64,000 bases of DNA, taken from the NCBI GenBank assembly GCA_964518955.1, contig CAZFHS010000029.1, forward strand, positions 15,963 through 79,962, read 5' to 3'. A program made the position numbers and the translations under genes. Under the pieces are notes generated by a model, which was not told the DNA's origin, did not search any database, and saw nothing but the letters and a program-made list of their open reading frames with translations. Shown piece by piece: positions 10,133-18,030 of the stretch (positions within the stretch are counted from its first letter, which is position 1; each line of letters begins with the position of its first letter). This DNA is from an uncultured Gemmatimonadaceae bacterium. GTDB taxonomy: Bacteria; Gemmatimonadota; Gemmatimonadetes; Gemmatimonadales; GWC2-71-9.

Positions 10133-11172
10133 CTCACTCCCTCCTCCTGCAGATCCTTGATGACGGCCGGCGGGTTGATGCCAGCAAGACAGACGTTGCC
10201 GCAGCGATTGCATCCGACACACTTCGGTTGCTCGAACGCTTCGGCGAACCCACGGTGCTGATGGTAGTAACGGTACTTCAACCGAGTATCACGGCCGGGG
10301 CGGAAATTGTGCCCGCCCGCGACTCTTGCGAAATCGATGAAGTTGCAAGAATGGAGCTGCTTCACGCGTGCTGCGGAGCTGCCGTCCAACGACTGGCACT
10401 CGGTCACCCCGTAGCAGTAGCAGGTCGGGCACACCATGGCGCAGCTACCGCAACTCAGGCACTTGTCACCCCAATGAGTCCAAACATCGGACTCGAATTC
10501 GATGTCCAGGAGATTCGAGAGGTTGTTGGCGTCGATCTTTGTCTTGAAACCGTCGGCGATTCGCTTACGCACATCCAGGTAATCCTGCGTGTCCGCATCG
10601 GTTATCTCGCGGGAGTCCACCTGTTGGAGGGCAGTAAAAGCAGTATCCGACCCCACGGCCACGAAGTAGCGATCTCCCAAATCTGTGAGGAAGAGGTCGA
10701 AGCCGTGAGTCACTGTGTCAGTGCCGAGTGAACGACAGAACCCGGTGTCACAGGGATCGTGATCGACACCCACGATGAAAGTGTTCTCTCGGCGAGACAC
10801 GTAGTAGGGGCTGGGGAAGTGACCACGAACGAACACTTTGTCCAACTTCAGAAGAGCATTTATATCGCACGCGTGCAAGCCGACAATGGCCCTCGGCTGC
10901 AGACGATACCTGATCTCCTGACTCCAATCGTCGTCGTCGAACTGGTACTCGGAAAGCGTCTCTTTGTAGGGCAGGAAGTACGTCTTTGCAGAATACTCCG
11001 TCGTCTCGTACTCCAAGTCGATCTCGGCAACTGTCTCCACCGGCAAGTACTGGTGGACGGCCCTACCTTCCTTGTCGGTGTTAATCCGCTTGGGACCTAT
11101 GACCTCGCCTGCCTGAAGCATATTCTCGGCGAGGCGCTTCCATTCATCTTTCGGCAAGATCCTGAACAGCAT
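10129..11172 (-). CDS. hydB: hydrogenase beta subunit, 4Fe-4S protein (sulfhydrogenase HydB / AsrA-like)
   Basis: Cys motifs CLSCGSCAMVCPTCYC and CVGCNRCGNVC. 347 aa. First gene of the four-gene set. Confidence 0.85.
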   Translation of the reverse strand: MLFRILPKDEWKRLAENMLQAGEVIGPKRINTDKEGRAVHQYLPVETVAEIDLEYETTEYSAKTYFLPYKETLSEYQFDDDDWSQEIRYRLQPRAIVGLHACDINALLKLDKVFVRGHFPSPYYVSRRENTFIVGVDHDPCDTGFCRSLGTDTVTHGFDLFLTDLGDRYFVAVGSDTAFTALQQVDSREITDADTQDYLDVRKRIADGFKTKIDANNLSNLLDIEFESDVWTHWGDKCLSCGSCAMVCPTCYCYGVTECQSLDGSSAARVKQLHSCNFIDFARVAGGHNFRPGRDTRLKYRYYHQHRGFAEAFEQPKCVGCNRCGNVCLAGINPPAVIKDLQEEGVR

Positions 11173-11270
11173 ATGCCCTCCAAGAACCAGCTCGACGCGC
11201 TGGTACTGTCACGATAACGAAAGCTACCAAGTTCAGTTCTACTCGGGGCTAAAAGCACATCTGCGTCAGC

Positions 11271-12422
11271 TTACCGATACAGCCACCCCGCCCCAGTATT
11301 GAACAAGACCACCCTGTCGCCTTTCGCGATCTGGCCGTTGTCTAGAAGCTTCTCGAGTGCGGCGAGCGTGGCTCCACCTTCCGGCGATGCGTCAATTGAG
11401 GCGGTTTGCGCTATCTTCTCCGCGCACGCTGTGGCCGCTTCGTCACTCACCGCTACAGCGCTCCCCTTTGTCTCCGCGAGAGCGCGCAGGCATAGGCTAC
11501 CGCCGAGAGGTGCAGGCACTCGCAGTCCCCACGCCACCGTGTCAGCATTCTCCCATGGTTCGGTCTTGGTGGCTCCTGCCTCGAACGCCTTCACGACCGG
11601 CGCGCACCCTTCTGACTGGACGCTGTAGAGGCGTGGAAGATCATCGCTCACCCATCCGGCGGCCCTCAATTCCTTGAAGACCTTCCACATGCCTATGAGC
11701 CCAGTTCCGCCACCAGTCGGGTAGATGAGAGCATCCGGGAATTTCCACCCCAACGCCTCTGCGACCTCGAGACCCATTGTCTTCTTGCCCTCGATGCGGT
11801 ACGGCTCACGAAGCGTGGACACATCAAATGCCTCATGCTCGGCGGCGTAGGCACGAGCGACCTTGCCACAGTCACCGATATGACCGTCGATCAACTCCAG
11901 ATCAGCACCGAAGGTCTCGATCTGTGTGAGGATCGTCTTCGGGGTCCATCGAGGCGCAAACACCTTGACGCTGATGCCTGCGCGTCCACCGTACGCGCTT
12001 AGCGCCACACCCGCGTTCCCGGCTGTTGGCGTTGAGAACGCTTTTGCGCCAGCCGCGGCCGCTCTGGTGACCGCGGCAGACATTCCCCGAGCCTTGAACG
12101 ATCCGGTGGCGTTCAGAGCCTCATCCTTGATCCAGAGGTCGTCCAGGCCGTACTCCGCAGCAAACCCGGACACCGGGATCATCGGGGTAGCACCTTCGCC
12201 GAGCGAAACAGGAGACTCGCCATCCGCGAGCGGCATCCAGTCGTGATATCGCCACATCGACCACACCCTGCTACCGTAGTCTTGCTTCGCGCTGGGGGCG
12301 GGATATTTCTCATAACGCACCAACCACGGGGCACCGCAATCTGGGCAAACTGTCGGCAGTCCCGAAGCATCTGCAACCGCCGGACATTCTGAGCACTCTA
12401 AAGACCAATCGAAACTTGTCAT
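11271..12422 (-). CDS. threonine-synthase-family PLP enzyme (ThrC-like) with N-terminal zinc-ribbon
   Basis: PLP-lysine motif TGSFKARG. Fold-type II motifs (TAGNAGVALSAY, YPTGGGTGLIG). N-terminal CSEC...CPDC. Confidence 0.8.
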   Translation of the reverse strand: MTSFDWSLECSECPAVADASGLPTVCPDCGAPWLVRYEKYPAPSAKQDYGSRVWSMWRYHDWMPLADGESPVSLGEGATPMIPVSGFAAEYGLDDLWIKDEALNATGSFKARGMSAAVTRAAAAGAKAFSTPTAGNAGVALSAYGGRAGISVKVFAPRWTPKTILTQIETFGADLELIDGHIGDCGKVARAYAAEHEAFDVSTLREPYRIEGKKTMGLEVAEALGWKFPDALIYPTGGGTGLIGMWKVFKELRAAGWVSDDLPRLYSVQSEGCAPVVKAFEAGATKTEPWENADTVAWGLRVPAPLGGSLCLRALAETKGSAVAVSDEAATACAEKIAQTASIDASPEGGATLAALEKLLDNGQIAKGDRVVLFNTGAGWLYR

Positions 12423-12651
12423 GTCGAATCGTTCTTCCTTCAGTTGTTGAGAATAACAATGTCCGGCATCACACCGGGCATGTTTGAATTGATAACAAGC
12501 TAGAAAGGTTGATTCCGTTTGTCACATACCGGGGTTAACTAACGTTCCCTGACAGTCTCCGCACGAGACAGATTGCCACATACTTGCCAACGGGATAACG
12601 TTCTACCGCGCGGTTGATTGGTCACACCTTTTAATTGGGGAGGTCGGAGTC

Positions 12652-13080
12652 ATGCCGTACAAGGGAAGGTTGGTCAGCCTGATCGAAGAACATGCCGAGG
12701 AATTGACCAAGAAGTGGCTGGAAGTGGTTCGTACGCACCCGGACATGCCAACCTACAGAGGCTACGACGAAACAAAGCTTCACGATCGCGCCTTCAGTGT
12801 CTACAGCCAACTCAGTAAGTGGCTGTCAGATGAAACTACAAAAGAAGAGATCAAAGACATCTATTTCAAATTGGGGAAACAGCGCAAAGAAGAGGGCTTC
12901 AAACTCTCCGAGCTGCTGTTGGCGCTGGTCATAACTCGACGCATTCTGTGGCTCAAGATCCCCAAAGGCGATCTACTCGAAACAGTGTCTGATCTTCACG
13001 CCGGAATGCGCCTGAGCAACAACACGATACTGTTCTTCGATCGTGCCATGTTCTACGCAGCACAGGGGTACGAAGACTGA
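12652..13080 (+). CDS. hypothetical protein, possibly RsbRD-N / sensor-globin-like helical domain
   Basis: 142-aa ORF preceded by GGGGAGGTCGGAGTC (SD). The N-terminus LIEEHAEELTKKWLEVV resembles the start of the DsrT-like protein at 29011..29562. Similarity judged by eye only. Confidence 0.45.
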   Translation: MPYKGRLVSLIEEHAEELTKKWLEVVRTHPDMPTYRGYDETKLHDRAFSVYSQLSKWLSDETTKEEIKDIYFKLGKQRKEEGFKLSELLLALVITRRILWLKIPKGDLLETVSDLHAGMRLSNNTILFFDRAMFYAAQGYED

Positions 13081-13096
13081 CCCGAAGGAGACATAG

Positions 13097-13297
13097 ATGC
13101 GGGACAACGAACCAGGCAGGAAGCTTGGCGAGATCATAAAGAAGGCCATTGAGGACTGCGAATTGACTCATTCCGAGCATCAGAAGATTGTGGCCATAGC
13201 ACACTCAGACCACGTGATCGATCCTCAAGAACAGCAGCTACTGGCGCAACTTCAGCAAATGATCGCGGAAGGTACCATCAAAAAAGTTCGAGACTAA
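13097..13297 (+). CDS. hypothetical small protein (66 aa)
   Basis: ORF 16 nt downstream of the previous gene, preceded by GAAGGAGA. No motif recognised. Confidence 0.35.
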   Translation: MRDNEPGRKLGEIIKKAIEDCELTHSEHQKIVAIAHSDHVIDPQEQQLLAQLQQMIAEGTIKKVRD

Positions 13298-13302
13298 CGA
13301 AA

Positions 13303-14103
13303 CTACCAGTCGGCGCGCGGCCCCTTGATATGCGGGATGGCCGTCTGCATCCATTCAACTGTTGCACTCGAATGGCATCCCGTTTCCGTGCCGTACTGAC
13401 CGCTGCACGATATGGGGCCGTTGTCCTCGACCTTGAAGTTGTGCAAACGTTCCACCAATCCGCTCTCGGTGACTTGATAGCCCGCCATGTGGCAATCGAC
13501 ACAGCGTAGCACAGCTGATGCCAGTAGCGAGTCTTTGGTGGGCACGGGGAAACCGTGGAACTCATTGTGGCAGTACTGGCACTGGGCGTTCATCTGGTTT
13601 GGATCTGACCTGTCGATGAAAGTGTAGCTCGCCGGGTCGCTACGGTCGGAGCCTGGCAGGAGATTGGTTACCAGCGATTCCTCGAGGCTGTCAGCCAGGC
13701 CAACCGGATGACATGCGCCACAAGTCACACCTTCCCAAGTACCCTTCGGAATCGGCGCGGCAGCCAAAGAATCTCTCGTAGCACCGGGGTTGGTAGGTGC
13801 GTGACACCAGGCGCATGCGGTGTTGACACGATCGTCATGACTCTGAGATCGCGAGTGCACGCTGGAGAGCCATCCTTTTCCTGTGGACTTCACCAAACCT
13901 GAAGACGTATCCACTCCCACTGCGCGCCGCTGAATGTCACCGCCATCTCCATGACAGGTTGCACACCGCTCCGCTTCAGCGTAGTCGTAGTGCTCGGGAG
14001 CGAGACTCGCGAGCGAAAAACCTGTCTGGTCTTGTTGACCTGATACAACGCAGCTCACAAAGCAGCCCAGCAGCAGCAAGTTCATCGCTACGATTTTACT
14101 CAT
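13303..14103 (-). CDS. pentahaem c-type cytochrome, secreted
   Basis: Start moved to ATG 14103 (MSKIVAMNLLLLGCFVSCVVSG signal peptide, SD GGAGGAG). Five CxxCH motifs: CATCH, CAWCH, CGACH, CQYCH, CVDCH. Confidence 0.75.
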   Translation of the reverse strand: MSKIVAMNLLLLGCFVSCVVSGQQDQTGFSLASLAPEHYDYAEAERCATCHGDGGDIQRRAVGVDTSSGLVKSTGKGWLSSVHSRSQSHDDRVNTACAWCHAPTNPGATRDSLAAAPIPKGTWEGVTCGACHPVGLADSLEESLVTNLLPGSDRSDPASYTFIDRSDPNQMNAQCQYCHNEFHGFPVPTKDSLLASAVLRCVDCHMAGYQVTESGLVERLHNFKVEDNGPISCSGQYGTETGCHSSATVEWMQTAIPHIKGPRADW

Positions 14104-16051
14104 TTTCTCCTCCGGGAAGACGAGCCTCAATCCAACTCTCAGCCTGCTCCACGGCCTGGGCAAACTGTTTGTCCGCACACATGACGTCGGCATACGACTC
14201 CACCGCCCTGTCCAGATCGTCCGACGTCCACACCGAGATGCCGTCGATCGTTTCCAATTCGTCAACAGAACCCGAATCGTTGAAATCGACCACGACCAGG
14301 GGTCTTCCCCCGAAGTCTCGCACACCGTCGAGCATTTCCGCCGATATCACCGGCTCCGAGTGATCGATGCCAAAGAACACAAAATCGGCATCGGCAATCG
14401 TCTCGATCACGTCACGCTCGGAATAGGAGTGCACCCTCAAGCGGGTCCCGTTGCCAATGGCATTGCGCAGCAATTTCATCTGCCCGTGATGATCTCGATA
14501 GACCAAAGTCATCTGCTGCCGCGACACCTTGAACCGATCTGCGAGCGTGAACAGCACCGAACGCGAAGTGGCAGATCCCCCGATGACGACATGCTTGCAC
14601 CGTTCGAGATCAGCTCCACTGAGATCGTGGACGCGAGAGAGTGCCGCAGCACAGAAACCGCGACTGAACTTGCCCCACGACGTCTTTTCGCGAACCTCCT
14701 CGGCCAAGGTGACGGCGCTATCTACCAACCCCGTTGCCTTCGCACCAGCCGTTCCTACCCGCTCGCCCATCCGACAGGAGGTTTGCAGCTGGGAGACAAC
14801 GTCCGTATCTCCAGGCAAGGCGCTGTTCAGACCGCAGGCGGTTCTCATCAGGTGATGCCAACCCTCGGCGCCAAAGAGGACGTTCACCTTCAGGCCCTCG
14901 GGTTCGGCACCGTATAGATGCTGCCGTATCTCTGCCACCGGCCATTCGTGGTCCGCTACGCCCTCGGCTTCCGAATGCCAACCGTAGAATTCTATCCTCT
15001 GACAAGTACTCCACACAAATGCCTCTTCGACGGGCGTTTCCTCCCTAACCCAATCCAAGAATGCTCGGAGTTCCTTTCTCGTCTTCTTGACCTCGCAGAA
15101 CACTCCAGACGGACTGTGAACCACATCGGGGCCATGTTGCGAACGGACCTTGCCCGCGACCGATGCACCGATCATAACCAGGGACCCAGGTGCCAGATCG
15201 ACTTCTTCCGAAGAACTTTTCGGCGCAAGAAGCGGGGCCGTCCCCTCCATCCCGAGTGCCACCGACCTTGGCCCCCGGACGGCAAGGTTCTTCACCGCCG
15301 TTATAAAGGGGCCGTAAGTGTCTAGCGCCGGGCCGACGAAGAGTTGAGCGCCAGGGCAGTGGCCGGCGAGTTGTTCGGGTGTCTCCCGCGACAAAGACGT
15401 CAGCGTCATGGGAATCAGAACAATGTTCTTCTCAGGCGAGCCAGCCAGTGCATTCAACCGACTCTCGAGAGCAGCACGAGAGTCATACACAACCGACGCA
15501 CGAGTGACAGGCCACCCGAGTCGTTCCAGCACAAGTGAAGCGGTGTGATCCACCTGCGCCTCGTACGCACCGTGTGCCCCCTCACCAACGTCTTCCACCT
15601 GCTGCGCACACAGCAAGAGCTGGGCATTTGACGGGTTGAGTTCGAGAGACGACGTGAATGACGCTATGAGGCGCGCCTGGGCGTTTACGTATCCGCCATC
15701 GTTGTACCAGGCGGTTCGCGTCGCCAAATCACGCGGCTCGCGCAATTCTCCCGCCACCCGATACACCTCGCGGAGAATCGTACCGCTGGTCGAAGGAGAG
15801 AACTGTGGGTACATCGGCAAGACTACCAGTTCCTCTACGCCGCGATCGATTTTGGCTATGGATTGCTGGATCGATGGCTCGCCATGCCGTAACGCGTGCA
15901 GCACCTGCCACCCGGCGGGCAGCTGGCATGCTGCCGCATATGCCTGAGCCTCCAAGATCTTGCCGATTTCACGCGCGACTGCCGGATCTTCGCTGCCGAG
16001 TGACGCCAACAGCAACGCGCTCTGGCGCCTGGCTCTTGCTCCGTTAGACAT
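14096..16051 (-). CDS. hemA: fusion protein: N-terminal ferrochelatase-like (class II chelatase, HemH-type) domain + C-terminal glutamyl-tRNA reductase (HemA)
   Basis: N-terminal part: ALLLASLGSEDP, VVLPMYPQFSPSTSGT and AWYNDGGYVNAQARLIA match HemH landmarks. C-terminal part: STCQRIEFYG (HemA catalytic Cys motif STCNR.E) followed by a Rossmann-like region and a dimerisation tail. Confidence 0.75.
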   Translation of the reverse strand: MSNGARARRQSALLLASLGSEDPAVAREIGKILEAQAYAAACQLPAGWQVLHALRHGEPSIQQSIAKIDRGVEELVVLPMYPQFSPSTSGTILREVYRVAGELREPRDLATRTAWYNDGGYVNAQARLIASFTSSLELNPSNAQLLLCAQQVEDVGEGAHGAYEAQVDHTASLVLERLGWPVTRASVVYDSRAALESRLNALAGSPEKNIVLIPMTLTSLSRETPEQLAGHCPGAQLFVGPALDTYGPFITAVKNLAVRGPRSVALGMEGTAPLLAPKSSSEEVDLAPGSLVMIGASVAGKVRSQHGPDVVHSPSGVFCEVKKTRKELRAFLDWVREETPVEEAFVWSTCQRIEFYGWHSEAEGVADHEWPVAEIRQHLYGAEPEGLKVNVLFGAEGWHHLMRTACGLNSALPGDTDVVSQLQTSCRMGERVGTAGAKATGLVDSAVTLAEEVREKTSWGKFSRGFCAAALSRVHDLSGADLERCKHVVIGGSATSRSVLFTLADRFKVSRQQMTLVYRDHHGQMKLLRNAIGNGTRLRVHSYSERDVIETIADADFVFFGIDHSEPVISAEMLDGVRDFGGRPLVVVDFNDSGSVDELETIDGISVWTSDDLDRAVESYADVMCADKQFAQAVEQAESWIEARLPGGENE

Positions 16052-16063
16052 GGCGGTCTGAGC

Positions 16064-16549
16064 TCAGGTCGACCCGGACTGGTCTTCCGACTCGCGATCA
16101 GGGTCCAAAAAGCCAGCGATGCGGTCGCGTGTGCGCCTGGCTTTTGCCGGATCACTGCCATCGGTGAACACCGCGACGGTGACGTCGGCCTCGCTCATGT
16201 GAAGCGCTCCGAATATCACCTGAGATCTTTCTGACGAAGACGCATCACACACCAGCACCCCGCGCTCGCTTGCACTCGATACAATTCTGGCATTGAGCGT
16301 TTTGTCGTCAGTTGCGGCAACAACCATAAAAACACCTTCGAGATGTTCGTCGCGGTACCGGTCTTGAATCCATCGAATGCCGTCGGAGTCAAGCTGATTG
16401 GACAGTGATTCAGAGACAATAGGAGAAACTACAGTCACCACTCCCCCGGCCGCGACGAGGTTCATGACCTTGCGCGACCCTATTGGCCCACCGCCAACAA
16501 CGAGGCAGCGTTTGCCCCGAACATCGAGGCCGACCGGGAGAAACCGCAG
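16064..16549 (-). CDS. sirC: precorrin-2 dehydrogenase / siroheme synthase N-terminal-domain protein (SirC-like)
   Basis: The track ORF starts at ATG 16465 (MNLVAAGGVVTVVSP). The same frame upstream reads LRFLPVGLDVRGKRCLVVGGGPIGSRKV, which is the NAD-binding GGGxxG loop. That frame is closed by TAG directly before CTG 16549, and GGAGG lies 5 nt upstream of the CTG. Motif VFMVVAATDD..LN also fits SirC/CysG-N. Confidence 0.7.
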   Translation of the reverse strand: MRFLPVGLDVRGKRCLVVGGGPIGSRKVMNLVAAGGVVTVVSPIVSESLSNQLDSDGIRWIQDRYRDEHLEGVFMVVAATDDKTLNARIVSSASERGVLVCDASSSERSQVIFGALHMSEADVTVAVFTDGSDPAKARRTRDRIAGFLDPDRESEDQSGST

Positions 16550-16574
16550 CTAAACCTCCGCTTTCGATCTACGC

Positions 16575-17021
16575 CTAGTGCCCTGCTGCTAGAATACCGC
16601 TGGCCGCCAGCACCAGAATCACGACCTCAGTAATCGCCATGATCACGTAGGCAGTTTGTTTCTTTCTAAGCAGCGTGGGAATGATCCCGGCGTAACAGAT
16701 AATCGTAACACCCGAAAGGACAGCAATTCCAATGAAGTTGGCAAAATCACCCTTCCCCAACACAGTCAACCATCCCCACCCCGTCACACCATGATCCCTA
16801 TGCAGGAAATTGTGATTGACTGCTTCAACATACTCGTGGACCGGCAACGCCCAGTATTTGGGTAATTCCTCAATAGGCACCGCAGGCGCCGTGATACCCA
16901 GCATATAGAGGGCAAAAGTCACGAAAAGGATAGCCAGCCCAATGTACATGCCGATTTCCAGGATCTTGGCGTAGAGGAGCTGCTCCTCGTTTGCCTCAGG
17001 GGTTCTTACGTCTTCTGTCAT
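16575..17021 (-). CDS. DUF1634 family membrane protein (usual partner of TauE/SafE permeases)
   Basis: 148 aa, 3-4 hydrophobic helices, immediately downstream of a DUF81/TauE gene. Family assignment from memory of this gene pairing. Confidence 0.6.
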   Translation of the reverse strand: MTEDVRTPEANEEQLLYAKILEIGMYIGLAILFVTFALYMLGITAPAVPIEELPKYWALPVHEYVEAVNHNFLHRDHGVTGWGWLTVLGKGDFANFIGIAVLSGVTIICYAGIIPTLLRKKQTAYVIMAITEVVILVLAASGILAAGH

Positions 17022-17040
17022 TGTTATGCTCCCCTATACC

Positions 17041-18030
17041 CTAGAAGAAGAACGGGAGGTTGAGGCCCTTTGTGATCGCCTTGGCACCCGCGAACAGAAG
17101 GAGACCGATCACTAGCCAGCGAACGAAGCTCGGCTTCGCAACCCTGAGAATTCGCACACCTATGAACGACCCAAGCATGATTCCGATTAGCGACGGAATT
17201 ACCATCATTGGAATCACGCACCCTTGATTGAGATACACCCAAGCCGCAGAAGTATCCGTTATCGAAAGGAGGAACTTGCTGGTCGCGACGCTGATCTTGA
17301 GCGGCGCTCCCATCACGAGATTCAGAACCGGCACGTTTGCCCAACCTGCACCCAAGCCAAACATGCCCGCCATGAGCCCGATGAAGATGAATAGGAACAG
17401 GCCTATCGGGGTACGATGAATCTTCCAGTCGACGTTCTTCCCAAGGCTGGCCTCAGTGTACACTCCGTATATGCCAAGCGCAGAGGAGAGCTTGTCCGCG
17501 ACGGGCACTTCTGGAAACTCAGATTTCTTGGCGGCGATCATCAGCGCCACTATACCGAGTATGGTTGCGCCGAGAGCGGTCTGAACCACGTTCGTGGGCA
17601 GAGCCAAACCAACCATTGCACCAATTATGGCGCACGTCGAAGCGATGAGCGCTACCGGCATCGCTAGTCGGAGACTTGCCAGGTTCATCTTCAGAAAGCC
17701 AGGCCCCGCAGCGAGCGCGCCACTCAAGGCAACCAACAAACCCGCGCCACGAACGAAATCGAGATGGAATGGGAAGAAACCGCTGACGATGGGGACAAAG
17801 AGGACTCCGCCGCCAACTCCACCCAACGCCGCCAATATCCCCATAACGAAAGTCAGTACCAACAAGATCAATGGCCATGCCCACCAAGCCATCTGATCTC
17901 CGCCCGTCATGACACCTGCTTCTTGCACCGCATGAAGGAGGGTCGGATGAGCTGCCAATGCCATGGTGACCACTGCGGCTACGCGAGTAAACATCAGAAA
18001 GCTGCGCATTCGCATCGTGTTGTCTTTCAT
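17041..18030 (-). CDS. TauE/SafE (DUF81) family sulfite/anion exporter-type permease
   Basis: 329 aa polytopic protein with the Gly-rich helices typical of the family (GGVGGGVLFVPI, GLGAGWANVPVLN). The ATG overlaps the dsrN stop (ATGA at 18027..18030). Confidence 0.8.
   Translation of the reverse strand: MKDNTMRMRSFLMFTRVAAVVTMALAAHPTLLHAVQEAGVMTGGDQMAWWAWPLILLVLTFVMGILAALGGVGGGVLFVPIVSGFFPFHLDFVRGAGLLVALSGALAAGPGFLKMNLASLRLAMPVALIASTCAIIGAMVGLALPTNVVQTALGATILGIVALMIAAKKSEFPEVPVADKLSSALGIYGVYTEASLGKNVDWKIHRTPIGLFLFIFIGLMAGMFGLGAGWANVPVLNLVMGAPLKISVATSKFLLSITDTSAAWVYLNQGCVIPMMVIPSLIGIMLGSFIGVRILRVAKPSFVRWLVIGLLLFAGAKAITKGLNLPFFF

Noticed and set aside
11207-11218. TGTCACGATAAC upstream of the hydrogenase operon and TATCACGAC at 57182..57190 upstream of mrp as additional box copies
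   Set aside because: Only the right half-site is present. The left arm (CGAGA) is missing in both, and single 8-9-mers are expected by chance in 64 kb.
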